A DNA stretch of 64,000 nucleotides from positions 17,240-81,239 of the forward strand of contig JAFVWN010000065.1 in the NCBI GenBank assembly GCA_017501645.1. Direction: 5' to 3'. Made by a program: the position numbers and the translations under genes. The notes below the pieces were generated by a model, which ran no database searches, was not told where the DNA came from, and saw nothing but the letters and a program-made list of their open reading frames with translations. Numbering within the stretch: the stretch's first letter is position 1; each line of letters starts with the position of its first letter. Below, one piece after another: positions 39,423 through 50,101 of this stretch. Origin of the DNA: Clostridia bacterium (GTDB lineage: Bacteria > Bacillota > Clostridia > Christensenellales > UBA1242).

Positions 39423-41019
39423 ACAAATCCCTCCTATTGCTATAAATTTTTACAGGAACACCAAGTTTAACAAGCATCCTAAAGATATCTCTTTCTGTTT
39501 CTGTCTCGTATATTTTTGAAGAAATACACATAGAAAGAGTATCCTTATAGGAAACAACACCAATACTTTTGGCATTGTGTAAACTTCTTCCCAAATTTAC
39601 AGTATATCCCTCAACATAATCTTCAAACTCTTTTGGCACTTCCACTTTGCCAATGTTTGAAAATGCCAATGTTTGATAATTTTCTCCAAGATAATTGAAA
39701 CTTGTTTTAAGGGCAATGTTTTTTATAAATAATGGTAATATTTTTATAAAGAAATTTTTCTGTAAATTAACATTTGAATTTATATTACTTTGGAAGAATT
39801 TGTTATCCATTTGTGCAAATTCTGTTTTAAAAATGTCAATAACTTGCTCAAAAGTTAAATCATCACCAGAAACCTCGATGTTTTTATATGAAGAAAAATT
39901 TCTCAATGTTTTACTGTCAAATCTAGGTCTTAAATCTACAGGAATAGATATTCTTGGTGCTTTTTTTTCATTTTTGCACTTTTTGTATATTGAATATCCT
40001 ATAACTGAGGCAAGAAATGCAGAAATTGATGCGTTATAACTTTTAGCAACTTCCTTAATCTTACTTACACTCATTTCTCCTATAACACTATTAACCATTC
40101 CTGCAGGCATAACATTTCCTTTAATTTTATATGCCGGTTTTTCTTTTGGTCTTTTTAACTTTTCATTTGTTGCTTTTGCAAAGAAACTATCTTCTATCTC
40201 CTCATCACTAGGAATATCTAAATAACTTGAGCAACCTATATACTCACTAATAGTCGCACCAAGCCTTTCAATATATCTTGCAACTAAACTATTAAAGAAG
40301 AATAACGCACCTCTACCATCACTGATACCGTGAAAGACCTCTAAAATAATGTCATATTCACTATATAAAACTCTTATTAAAAAACTTTCTCCATCACTTA
40401 AATTAAATGGCATACAAGGAAATGTTGTTTCTTTTTCAATCTCTAACCTTTTAAAATTAGGTTCAAAATAATTCCAGAAAAAACCGTGTTTTAATTTTAC
40501 ATTAAAAGACGGAAATCTTGGCATTATATCATCAAGTGCAGATTGCAAAACATCTGTCTTAATCCTATCTTTCATATTTGCTGAAATTCGATATACAAAA
40601 TTCCAATTTTTTTGAATTGCACTAGGGTAAATACTCCCTGCGTTATCCAACCTAAACCAACTCGCAAATCTGCCCTTTTTTTCAAAATCTTTTAAAGCTT
40701 CCTCTTGGGTCTTTCGAGCCTTCTTCTCTTCTTCTTTTTTTGCTTTTAAAAGTTCACTAATTTTTTTTCTTCTTTTTATCTTTTTTTGTTTAGCAATTTC
40801 CTTTTCTAGCCTTTTTGCTTTTTTAAGTTCTTTCTTTTCTTGTTTTAATATGCTTGTTACTAACTTTTTATCTACAATGCTATTATCTCCAAGAACTTCG
40901 TCATTTGTTTTAACCTTTTGCGGTTTTTTAACATTTTTTTCGGCATCAAAAACAATATTTGCTTCTTTTTTTGCAAACTCTTTATCTTTTAGTGTGTTTT
41001 TCGCTTCTTTTTTTGACAT
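39409..41019 (-). CDS. Alcohol acetyltransferase / condensation-fold family protein with Lys-rich N-terminal extension
   Basis: WFRLDNAG.IYP, G.FW.YF, FH.ISDG.G (HxxxD), P.DLR..F.S.TLRNF, FSNIG. Confidence 0.75.
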   Translation of the reverse strand: MSKKEAKNTLKDKEFAKKEANIVFDAEKNVKKPQKVKTNDEVLGDNSIVDKKLVTSILKQEKKELKKAKRLEKEIAKQKKIKRRKKISELLKAKKEEEKKARKTQEEALKDFEKKGRFASWFRLDNAGSIYPSAIQKNWNFVYRISANMKDRIKTDVLQSALDDIMPRFPSFNVKLKHGFFWNYFEPNFKRLEIEKETTFPCMPFNLSDGESFLIRVLYSEYDIILEVFHGISDGRGALFFFNSLVARYIERLGATISEYIGCSSYLDIPSDEEIEDSFFAKATNEKLKRPKEKPAYKIKGNVMPAGMVNSVIGEMSVSKIKEVAKSYNASISAFLASVIGYSIYKKCKNEKKAPRISIPVDLRPRFDSKTLRNFSSYKNIEVSGDDLTFEQVIDIFKTEFAQMDNKFFQSNINSNVNLQKNFFIKILPLFIKNIALKTSFNYLGENYQTLAFSNIGKVEVPKEFEDYVEGYTVNLGRSLHNAKSIGVVSYKDTLSMCISSKIYETETERDIFRMLVKLGVPVKIYSNRRDLYGAR

Positions 41020-41152
41020 TTTTAATCTCGCACTAATAAATTAAGCGGTTTTTGTAAATTACTTACACTCCTACTTATACAATATTGTACCCTAAAAAAA
41101 AGAGTATGTCTATTATTTCAAACATACTCTTTCTTATTTTTTTGTATTTTTT

Positions 41153-41983
41153 TTACTCTTCTTCGCCTTTTTGCGAATTTATAGCTGGAGCAATACCCAT
41201 TCTTATCGCTTCTTGCCTTATATCTGTTATTACTTGGTGCGCATCAAATACATCCTTTCCAAGTACATCTTCAAGTTTCATTGCATTGTTAATCATACTA
41301 TAACTATCTGCACCCGGCATTAAACACAAATCTGTAAACTCACAAAATTTTTCTTGAAAATTTAATCTTCTGCACTTTGCTGTTAAAATGTTACACATAG
41401 CAACAGCCTGAGATGTTGAAAAAGCAATTGCATTACTTGACATATCCACATAGTCAACCATACTGGAAAAATAAGGTTCTTTCATATAATCACTAGTATA
41501 TCTCACCATAGTTTCCAGTCTATAACCGTGAACATAAAGCCAAATACTTCCAAGCCTGTGAGCTTCTTTAGACGCTACAGGCAAAAAACCACCATCTCTA
41601 AGAATTATACCCTCTCTAATATCAAGCCCTCTAAGTTCTTCTTTCTCAAACAACTCATCACCTAAACTTATTAGATAGTTTTCTTTATAATTAAAATCCA
41701 AATCTAAAAATTTAGCACGAATAAACTTTCCTAAAAGCTCAATCATTGGATGCTCTTGAACATAGTCATTGTATACTTTTATTGATTCAGTATCACTATC
41801 TTTTCTTTGATCTAAAAGAGAAAAAAACTCATCAAAATCCGCACCTTTAAAATATTCTAATACATCATCAAAAGCAATTTTATTGCCTTCGCTGTGTAAA
41901 ATTTTAGGCTTAAATCCTTGACTTTCAATACCTGTTAAGGCTTGATATATTTCTCTTTCAGTCATATTACTTAGATTAACCAT
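41153..41983 (-). CDS. Hypothetical protein (third gene of HipA-like operon)
   Basis: Long ORF with AAGGGAG RBS, 12 nt after previous stop; no motif recognised. Confidence 0.6.
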   Translation of the reverse strand: MVNLSNMTEREIYQALTGIESQGFKPKILHSEGNKIAFDDVLEYFKGADFDEFFSLLDQRKDSDTESIKVYNDYVQEHPMIELLGKFIRAKFLDLDFNYKENYLISLGDELFEKEELRGLDIREGIILRDGGFLPVASKEAHRLGSIWLYVHGYRLETMVRYTSDYMKEPYFSSMVDYVDMSSNAIAFSTSQAVAMCNILTAKCRRLNFQEKFCEFTDLCLMPGADSYSMINNAMKLEDVLGKDVFDAHQVITDIRQEAIRMGIAPAINSQKGEEE

Positions 41984-41995
41984 TTTTGCTCCCTT

Positions 41996-42334
41996 TTATC
42001 TTCTTGATTTTAAATAAAACGAACCTCTATCTAATGCAAGTCTTGAAATTTTTACAAGCTTTTCAAAGTCTGTTTCCCCATCAATGATGTTTGCTTCACT
42101 TTTGATGTAGCTATTTTGCATAAACAATTTTAATATATAAGCATATTCACCAAAAATTTTTGAGGACCTTTTTACACCTCCAGATAATAATTGGCTAGCT
42201 CTTGGAATTGCATATTTTTGCTTGGCAAGTTCACAACCATTTATTGGTGTAAATACATACTCAACATTATCATCTTTGCCAACTTGCTCCATTTCTCCAA
42301 GTTCAAACTCTTTATAACAAAGTACTATTTTCAT
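41996..42334 (-). CDS. Small protein, possibly HipA-N/HipS-like
   Basis: MKIVL.YK...LG.......Y.F.P beta-rich start; directly follows kinase gene with GGGAGG RBS. Confidence 0.45.
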   Translation of the reverse strand: MKIVLCYKEFELGEMEQVGKDDNVEYVFTPINGCELAKQKYAIPRASQLLSGGVKRSSKIFGEYAYILKLFMQNSYIKSEANIIDGETDFEKLVKISRLALDRGSFYLKSRR

Positions 42335-42336
42335 AA

Positions 42337-43419
42337 TTATCCTCCCATTTCGCTTTGCAATAATTTATCAAGCGAAAAACATAAATCCTTTTTCCTACTA
42401 TTCACTATTTCCTGAGCTAAATTCAAATATTGCTTAGGTATACAAATTCCTGTTTCTTCAAAGATTTCCCTACCACAAGAGTCTGCATCAAACTCAGTAT
42501 TTTTAAACAACGAATAAAGCCTGTGGTCTTTTTTCATTTCTTCAGCCAATTCCATACTCGCCTTTGCCTTATATTTTTTAGTTTCTGCATTTCTAAAAAT
42601 TTCACCGAAAAATTCTCTAAAATTTAATGTTTCCCAGTCAAATCTTGGTGTTGACTTTACTCCAAACACAGGCAACGCTAAATCTTTCCCAACAACCTTT
42701 GCTTTTCCCACAAGTTTGTTTATCTTTCTCCTCTTTTTTGTTGTTTTATAAAGGAAAGAATTTTGTGGCATATTAAAATCATTATATCTATGCAACAAAA
42801 ATAAAAAAGCAAAACTGTTTTCGTTATCCACAAATGATTTAACATCAATCACCTTGCCTTGAGGCGTATCTTGAACTGCAAAAAGTATATTCGTTATATT
42901 TCTATCCCTTTGCGAAACTAAAAAATCAATAAGTGCCATAACTTTCAACTTAAAAAAGCATTTAGATGCAATTTTAACGCCAAATTTATGACTGTATTCA
43001 ACCAAAAGAGACTCAGCCTCTCTAATAGTTGCAAATTTATAATCATCTTCTTTTGAACACAATTTTCTTAGGTCTCGAAAAGATAATTTTTGTTCTTCAG
43101 GCGAAAGAACATTTTTTGATAAAGTATAATAACAGCCATCATAATAGCCCATATCAATCTCTGCACAAGGAATTTGATTTTTTTCAGCAAACTTTGAAAA
43201 TAACAACTCACCAAACACAGACATCAAATAAGAACCTTTCCATTCTGGAATTGTCTTTGCCAAAACCTGAACATTCCCATTATCAAGCCAAAAATTATTA
43301 TTCAATTGAACTCCTGTCACCTCATTTTTATTATAAGTAACCTTAAAGCTTCTTTGAATAATTTCTGGATCTAATATGTATGCGCCCTCGCTATTTCTTT
43401 CAAACTCCAACTCTATCAT
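42337..43419 (-). CDS. HipA-like Ser/Thr kinase domain protein
   Basis: VLAK, E.L.S......IP.A, LSKN, DFLVSQ.DRN..N, VDNENSF resemble HipA_C catalytic and Mg-binding motifs. Confidence 0.7.
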   Translation of the reverse strand: MIELEFERNSEGAYILDPEIIQRSFKVTYNKNEVTGVQLNNNFWLDNGNVQVLAKTIPEWKGSYLMSVFGELLFSKFAEKNQIPCAEIDMGYYDGCYYTLSKNVLSPEEQKLSFRDLRKLCSKEDDYKFATIREAESLLVEYSHKFGVKIASKCFFKLKVMALIDFLVSQRDRNITNILFAVQDTPQGKVIDVKSFVDNENSFAFLFLLHRYNDFNMPQNSFLYKTTKKRRKINKLVGKAKVVGKDLALPVFGVKSTPRFDWETLNFREFFGEIFRNAETKKYKAKASMELAEEMKKDHRLYSLFKNTEFDADSCGREIFEETGICIPKQYLNLAQEIVNSRKKDLCFSLDKLLQSEMGG

Positions 43420-43559
43420 AACAAAAATATTTTAACATTTTTAAGCATTTATGTCAATATGCGATTTTGCAGACAAAATCAACCAAAAATTTTAATGTCC
43501 CATTTTTAGTTTACAATATATTGTATAATGATATAAACTATAAAAAAGGAGTAACACAA

Positions 43560-44081
43560 ATGGAAAGAATAGCTGAATTTTACAAAGTGTCTTTTGAACA
43601 ATTTAAAAAAGATTATAAAGACATCAACCCAACCTCAACAATCTCAAGCGAGGAAATAAAAAATATGTATGACAACATCAAGCTCCCTGCAAGAGCAACT
43701 ACTGGTTCTGCTGGGTATGACTTTTATTTGCCTCATTCAATAAGTTTAAAGGCTGGAGAACAAGTTGTAATACCAACAGGAATTCGCTTTGAATGCGAAC
43801 AAGACTATGCTTTATTTATGTTTTCAAAAAGCGGTCTTGGGAACAGAAATCGTTTACAATTAAACACTGCTGTCTCAATTATTGATAGCGACTATTTCTA
43901 TAGCGACAATGAAGGACATATCATTGCCTGCCTCATTCACGACTCAAGAGACCCTAATGCCGTTCTCAACCTCCCTGCAGGAAAAGGATATTTCCAAGGA
44001 GTATTTATTAAATATGGAATAACAAAAAGCGACAATGCTTCAGGAATAAGAAACGGCGGTCTTGGAAGCACAAATCAATAA
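43560..44081 (+). CDS. dut: dUTPase (trimeric)
   Basis: LP.RAT.GSAGYDF, IPTGI, KSGLG, IIDSDY, QG.F, R.GG.GST. Confidence 0.93.
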   Translation: MERIAEFYKVSFEQFKKDYKDINPTSTISSEEIKNMYDNIKLPARATTGSAGYDFYLPHSISLKAGEQVVIPTGIRFECEQDYALFMFSKSGLGNRNRLQLNTAVSIIDSDYFYSDNEGHIIACLIHDSRDPNAVLNLPAGKGYFQGVFIKYGITKSDNASGIRNGGLGSTNQ

Positions 44082-44136
44082 CTTTTAAATTTTTACAATA
44101 AAAAAAGGAACTGAATTTATCAGTTCCTTTTTATTA

Positions 44137-45990
44137 TTAATTGATTGCATCTTGCAATTCATCATATGACATTTTGTCTACTTCTTTGATAAGATTACTT
44201 TCTTCATAGCTCTTCACTAATGAATTTCTGTAGTCAGTGAAGTATGTTCCACTTTCACCAACTAATTCTTCTTTAAGCATATCATAGAAATACTCATATA
44301 ATGTTTGTTCTGTTAAGTTAGAAACATATTTTGTCTTTAACTCAGCAACGATTTCAGCATCTGATTTGCCTTGAATGTCAACAACAGCACCAGCTTCATA
44401 AACACCAGTAAGCATCATAAGGTGAACACCATAATCACTTACTACAGGTAAAATTGTTTCGCCTATGTTGTTTGCAGATTTATCTTGTAAATAGGCTTCA
44501 TACAAACTTCTTGCACCGTTTGTAAAGTCTTTTACAAATGAACCGTGTTCATCAGTTTGAGAAGAGATTGTGAATCCAAGAACACCTGAAAGTTTTTCAT
44601 TTGTTAATGAACCAGTATCTCCACTATATGTCCAAGCATATTTATTGAAGAGCATTGTTCTTGCACGAACTTTTTCTTCTGCAGTCATACCAGTTGTATC
44701 AATTGCATCAAAATCATCTTCAAATTTATCTAAGATATAGTTGATTGAAACTTCATCATTCTCATCAATCTTATCATCTTCATTCACATCTACAACAAGA
44801 CCATCTTCACCACGATAAGTTGTTTTCATATTATCATAATCAACATAAGTTTCACGAACTTGTTCATAATAATCTCTAAAGATTTTATCTTTTGCTGTAT
44901 CGTAACCTTCAGTTGCTTTTAATGCGTCTAATGTTTCATCATCAAAAGAAACAAGAACATGTTGAACTGTGAAATATGTATATTTACCGTTGTGATGATA
45001 AAGAATTAAGCTATCATTATCACTAGATTCAATAACTGAAACATAGTTATCTTCAAGAGTATTGCTTTCTTTATCTGCTTTTAAAAGTTTTTTGTACTTT
45101 TCAGCAATTGCAGAGTCTGTGAACTTGTTTTCAAACTCACCATCTCCTGAACCAGCAGCAGTAGACTCAATATATTCTTGATATTTATTATAAAGGGCAT
45201 TTTCATAATAGCTCTCATAAATTCTTTTAATTTCAGCTTTTAAAACAGCTTCTTTACCTGATGCCTTTTTATTTGCTTTAGCACTTAAAATAAGGTCAGC
45301 AATATACATATCGAAAGCTTGAGTTCTTACAGCCTTTTCTTCATCTGCAATAGGCTTCATATCTCTTTCATCTTCTTCGTGAACAGCAGCATTGTAAGTA
45401 TAAATACCGTCTTTAAGTTCAACAATCTTTTGATCAATGTCAACTTCAGGAGCAGCAGTATCAGCAGAATAATCTTTTTCAACTACAGCCTCAAATTCAT
45501 ATGGTTCATACTTATAAGCTTTTTCTTCCTCATCATGGTTATGTTCGTGAAGTCTTTCAGGAAGATTTTCCTCATCAGCATCAACTAATAAAAGCAAGCT
45601 CTTTTCTTTTGCATCAATTTGTCCGTAAACATAATCAAAAACATCATTCCAAACATCTTCCATATCTTCAGCAGAGAAGAATTTTGGATTTTCAGCAAGC
45701 ATTTTGTTTGCTTCTGCTAAAACTACTTCTCTCGCAATAACTGAATCATAGAAAACATTCATAATTGTTTCTTCATCATAGTACATAAAGTAGTAATAGT
45801 TTTGTTGATAGAAACTGTAATAAGAATCAATCAACTCTTGTTTTGTGATAACAGTATCTCCAATTTTTAATGCAGTTGCAGTTTTATCAACAGTATCTTT
45901 CTTAACAAATAATGAACAACCTGTAAAGAAAGATAAGCACATACAAATACATATTATAAGTGAGAATATTTTAGTTTTTAAATTTTTCAA
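44137..45990 (-). CDS. Lipoprotein, PrsA/SurA-like foldase (divergent parvulin)
   Basis: Lipobox FTGC; ITK.EL; V.HVLV, YS.D.GS, FV..F, V.SDYG.H; downstream of mfd as usual in Clostridia. Confidence 0.65.
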   Translation of the reverse strand: MKNLKTKIFSLIICICMCLSFFTGCSLFVKKDTVDKTATALKIGDTVITKQELIDSYYSFYQQNYYYFMYYDEETIMNVFYDSVIAREVVLAEANKMLAENPKFFSAEDMEDVWNDVFDYVYGQIDAKEKSLLLLVDADEENLPERLHEHNHDEEEKAYKYEPYEFEAVVEKDYSADTAAPEVDIDQKIVELKDGIYTYNAAVHEEDERDMKPIADEEKAVRTQAFDMYIADLILSAKANKKASGKEAVLKAEIKRIYESYYENALYNKYQEYIESTAAGSGDGEFENKFTDSAIAEKYKKLLKADKESNTLEDNYVSVIESSDNDSLILYHHNGKYTYFTVQHVLVSFDDETLDALKATEGYDTAKDKIFRDYYEQVRETYVDYDNMKTTYRGEDGLVVDVNEDDKIDENDEVSINYILDKFEDDFDAIDTTGMTAEEKVRARTMLFNKYAWTYSGDTGSLTNEKLSGVLGFTISSQTDEHGSFVKDFTNGARSLYEAYLQDKSANNIGETILPVVSDYGVHLMMLTGVYEAGAVVDIQGKSDAEIVAELKTKYVSNLTEQTLYEYFYDMLKEELVGESGTYFTDYRNSLVKSYEESNLIKEVDKMSYDELQDAIN

Positions 45991-46096
45991 GATGGTCCCT
46001 CCAATAGCGATTAAACTAAATATATATAGTGTACCTAATAATAACCCTTATAGTATAAAACAATACGCTCCAAAAATCAATTGTTTTTTAATATTT

Positions 46097-49000
46097 TTAG
46101 ACTTCATTCATAAATTCTTTTAAAAATTCAAAGTTTTCTTGCTGTGAACTTTCTCTTTTAAAGCAGATTTTAGGCTCTTTTGAAAAATCAAGTGTGCATC
46201 TTGCTCTAAATTTATAAATCAAATCACCTATTTGTTCATTTCCAATAATTTGCTCTTTGTTCTCAAAAACAATTTCAAAGGCTTGAGCAGAAGATACTAT
46301 ACTTGTCGCTTTCAACTTCTTTGCTTTCGCCTTAACAAACGCAATATCTATTAAGTTTTGAGTTTCTTGAGGAAGTTTACCAAACGCAGAAACAAATTCT
46401 TTCTCTACCCTAGCCTTATCCTCTTTTGTTTTGATTCCAGCAATAGTTTTATAAGCAACCATTCTGTCTTCACTTCTTGTCATATAAGAATCTGCAATAA
46501 ATGCATCAATGGCGATTCTTACAAGGACATCATTTTCTTCTTCTATATTTTCACCCTTAAGTTCGTTTACTGCTTCACTTAAAAGCTTAGAATATAATTC
46601 ATACCCGACCTTTTCCATATGTCCGTGTTGCTCTGCACCAAGAACATTACCACTTCCTCTTATTTCAAGGTCTCTCATAGCAAGTTTAAATCCGCTACCA
46701 AATTCTGTAAATTCAGCAATAGCGTCAAGTCTTTTATACGCTTCTTCTGTCAACACTTTATCATAGTTGTAGGTAAGATAAGCGTAAGCCATTCTGTTAC
46801 CTCTTCCAACCCTACCCCTTAATTGATAAAGCTGACTTAATCCAAGTTTATCGCTGTCACAAACAATTAAAGTGTTTGCATTTTCAATATCAATACCATT
46901 TTCAATAATTGTTGTACAAATTAACACATCTGCTTCGCCGTGATAAAATTTATAAATAACATCTTCAAGTTCTTTACCCGTCATTTGCCCGTGTCCAACA
47001 ATAACTTTTGCATCTGGAACAATGTTTTTTATTCTTTCAGCAAACGCATATATTTTTGAAACACTATTAAACAAAATGAAAACCTGTCCGCCCCTTGAAA
47101 GTTCTTTATTTATAGAATCTTTGACAAGTTCGTCTGTAAACTCAGTTACATAAGTCGCAATTGGCAACCTTTCACTTGGCGGAGTAGAAATAATTGAAAC
47201 ATCCCTAATTCCTGAAAGTGACATATGAAGAGTTCTTGGAATTGGCGTTGCACTAAGAGTTAAAACATCAACATTTGGATGATTAACCTTAATTTTCTCC
47301 TTGTCTTCAACGCCAAATTTTTGCTCTTCATCAAGAATAATAAGACCCAAATCATTAAACTCAACATCTTTAGATAATAGCCTGTGAGTTCCACAAATTA
47401 AATCAATTTTTCCGTCTTTTAAATCTTGTAAAATTTGTTTTACTTGTTTTGGCGTTTTAAATCTGTTAAGTACAGCCACATTAACACCAAAATTATCCAT
47501 ACGAGCCTTCGCTGTGTTATAGTGTTGTTCGCAAAGTATGGTTGTTGGAGTCATAAGTGCAACTTGTTTTCCTTCAAGTATTGCCTTAAAAGCAATTCTC
47601 AAAGCAACTTCCGTTTTACCAAACCCAACATCTCCGCAAAGTAATCTATCCATCACCTTGCCTTCTTCCATATCCTTTTTAATTTCGCTTATGCTTATAA
47701 GTTGGTCTTCTGTTTCTGTATATGGAAAACTGTTTTCAAACTCAATTTGAAGCTCACTATCAGGGCTGTAAACATAACCTTTTTTCTTCTCTCTTTCTGC
47801 ATAAAGAGCAAGCAAATCAAAGGCAAGTTTTTTAACAGAAGCCTTTACTCTATCTTTAACCTTTGCAAACTCTACACCGCCAATTTTGCTTAATTTTTTA
47901 GGTGTTTCCGCACCTGAAAATTTATCAAGCATATTCATTTGATCTATTGGAACATAGAGCCTGTCATCATCCCTATATCTTACAACAACATAATCTTTTG
48001 TTCCAAAATTTCCAGAAAGTTTTTGAACGCCTTCACAAACTCCAATACCGTGAAAACTGTGAACAACATAATCCCCAATTTTTGGCACAGTGAAAACATT
48101 TGCTCTTGAAGCTCTAAGTTTGTTTTCTTTAGCTTTTCTTGGAAGAAAATCATATGTACCAACAATAAAAATTTTTTCATTTGGCAACACAAAGCCAGAA
48201 GCAAACTCTAACGGAACAATACAACTATTAGTTTGAGATAAACACAAAGGGGTTTCTATTTTATAATCAAGCTCATATTCTTTTAATGTTCTTTTTATTT
48301 GCTCTGCATCATCTTTATTTCTTGCAAACAAAATGCTTCTATAACCATTAAACTCGTAATTTTTTAAATCCTTAACAAGTTCTTTTATGCTATGAGTATA
48401 TCTACTAAGCGGATTAGATTTTAAGTCAATTACCACTTTAGGGTCAAAAAATCTGTTTGTGTTTGTCAATTTTTGAAAAACAACACACTTATTATTTCTT
48501 ATAATTTCAACAAAATCATCAAACTTAACAAAGTTATTTTTGTCTGTTAACAAAGCTCCTGATTTTTTTAGTTCTTTTATTCTTTCTCCATATTCTTGAG
48601 CTAAGTTCTTAGCCTCATCATAAACCATTTTGCACTCATCAACAACAATAGTCATATCTTCAAAATAATCAAAAATAGTAGACTTGTTTTTTATAAGAGG
48701 CATCAAATAATCAAGAGAATAGCCCCCCATATCATTATTGAGTTTAAAAAGTAAATCATTTATAGACTTTTCATATTCTTCTTTGGTTGTTTGATTGTCA
48801 AAATTCTTATCTTTTAAAGACTCTACATATGCACAAATTTCATCTTTTTCATTTTCTTCAAAAAATATGTTTTTACAAGGATAAATATCAAGTTTTTTAA
48901 CAGCTTTACCTTTTTTCATATTTTGACCATCAAGTTCACTTATATCCTCAATGTCTCTATCAAAGAAATCTACCCTATAAGCAATTTCTGCACCAACAGG

Positions 49001-49534
49001 ATAAACATCAAGAACATCTCCTCTTAGTGAAAATTGCCCAGCCTCAGCGACAAGGTCTTCCCTTTTATACCCCGCAAGTATAAGTTTTTTTGCAAGGTCT
49101 GCAGGTTCAATAACCGTTGAATTTTTAACACTTATAATATTTTCTTTTAAAACATTCTTTGCTGGATAATAATTTAGACAAGCACTTGCAGGAATTACCA
49201 AAATGTCAATATCACCGCTAACAATTTTTGCAAGTTTAACAGAATTTTCCGCATAAGTTTCTAGGCTTTTCGCCTTAGAATAAAGCAAATTATCTGGTGT
49301 TGGCTTAATTATAGTTGCCTTTTCGCCATAAATGCTTGCAAACATCTCATAACATTTTGTTGCAGTTTGATAATCTGCTGTAATATAAACAACTTTGTTA
49401 GAAAAACCAGAAGTAATAGCTATTTTTAAAGGTAAAACAGCACCAAAAATAGAGCTAGATTTTTCTAGCTCCACCCTTCTATAAAAATTTGCCATTTTGG
49501 GGCAAATCTTTTCTAAATCAAAGAAATTTCTCAT
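46097..49534 (-). CDS. mfd: Transcription-repair coupling factor
   Basis: GDYVVH..HGIG, MDRLLCGDVGFGKTEVA, DEEQKFGV, SATPIPRTL, QLRGRVGR, DLEIRG.G. Confidence 0.96.
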   Translation of the reverse strand: MRNFFDLEKICPKMANFYRRVELEKSSSIFGAVLPLKIAITSGFSNKVVYITADYQTATKCYEMFASIYGEKATIIKPTPDNLLYSKAKSLETYAENSVKLAKIVSGDIDILVIPASACLNYYPAKNVLKENIISVKNSTVIEPADLAKKLILAGYKREDLVAEAGQFSLRGDVLDVYPVGAEIAYRVDFFDRDIEDISELDGQNMKKGKAVKKLDIYPCKNIFFEENEKDEICAYVESLKDKNFDNQTTKEEYEKSINDLLFKLNNDMGGYSLDYLMPLIKNKSTIFDYFEDMTIVVDECKMVYDEAKNLAQEYGERIKELKKSGALLTDKNNFVKFDDFVEIIRNNKCVVFQKLTNTNRFFDPKVVIDLKSNPLSRYTHSIKELVKDLKNYEFNGYRSILFARNKDDAEQIKRTLKEYELDYKIETPLCLSQTNSCIVPLEFASGFVLPNEKIFIVGTYDFLPRKAKENKLRASRANVFTVPKIGDYVVHSFHGIGVCEGVQKLSGNFGTKDYVVVRYRDDDRLYVPIDQMNMLDKFSGAETPKKLSKIGGVEFAKVKDRVKASVKKLAFDLLALYAEREKKKGYVYSPDSELQIEFENSFPYTETEDQLISISEIKKDMEEGKVMDRLLCGDVGFGKTEVALRIAFKAILEGKQVALMTPTTILCEQHYNTAKARMDNFGVNVAVLNRFKTPKQVKQILQDLKDGKIDLICGTHRLLSKDVEFNDLGLIILDEEQKFGVEDKEKIKVNHPNVDVLTLSATPIPRTLHMSLSGIRDVSIISTPPSERLPIATYVTEFTDELVKDSINKELSRGGQVFILFNSVSKIYAFAERIKNIVPDAKVIVGHGQMTGKELEDVIYKFYHGEADVLICTTIIENGIDIENANTLIVCDSDKLGLSQLYQLRGRVGRGNRMAYAYLTYNYDKVLTEEAYKRLDAIAEFTEFGSGFKLAMRDLEIRGSGNVLGAEQHGHMEKVGYELYSKLLSEAVNELKGENIEEENDVLVRIAIDAFIADSYMTRSEDRMVAYKTIAGIKTKEDKARVEKEFVSAFGKLPQETQNLIDIAFVKAKAKKLKATSIVSSAQAFEIVFENKEQIIGNEQIGDLIYKFRARCTLDFSKEPKICFKRESSQQENFEFLKEFMNEV

Positions 49535-49537
49535 AAC

Positions 49538-50101
49538 CTAATTAACTTTTTGCATTATATTTGAATATGACTCACCCTCAAGAAACATAACACCTGCGGT
49601 TTCACCCTTATCAATTCCCACTTCAATATCTTTATCAAAATGAATTTTCGATAAAACATAATCAGCTAAATCCATAAACTCACTAGGTGGAGCGCCAGCC
49701 CCTATTTTTAACCTAGCAAATTCAGGTGTACCAAGCTCTCTCACAATACTTTTAAGCCCATTGTGAGTCCCCGCACTGCCTTTTTCTCGAAGTCTTACAA
49801 CTCCTCTTGGCAAGTCAATATCATCATTAATTATAAGCAAATCTTTAGTTATGTCAATATCAAATTTTTTAACAAGGCTTTTAACCGCAATTCCACTATT
49901 ATTCATATAAGTTGTTGGTTTTGCAATAATTATTTTTTCGCCTTTATAATTAGCCTCACCTATAAAACTGTTACACACATTCTTTTTTATTGCAACACCT
50001 AGCTTATCTGCAATATTATCAACAACAATAAACCCTAAATTATGCACAGTTTTTTCATATTCTTTACCAATATTACCAAGCCCAATCAATAATTTTGCCA
50101 T
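49538..50101 (-). CDS. pth: Peptidyl-tRNA hydrolase
   Basis: IGLGN.G..Y..T.HN.GF, KP.TYMN.SG, GSAGTHNGLKS. Confidence 0.95.
   Translation of the reverse strand: MAKLLIGLGNIGKEYEKTVHNLGFIVVDNIADKLGVAIKKNVCNSFIGEANYKGEKIIIAKPTTYMNNSGIAVKSLVKKFDIDITKDLLIINDDIDLPRGVVRLREKGSAGTHNGLKSIVRELGTPEFARLKIGAGAPPSEFMDLADYVLSKIHFDKDIEVGIDKGETAGVMFLEGESYSNIMQKVN

Noticed and set aside
41153-44081. Prophage remnant suggested by dUTPase and orphan genes
   Set aside because: No integrase, structural or replication genes; dUTPase is a normal cellular type with its own promoter and terminator
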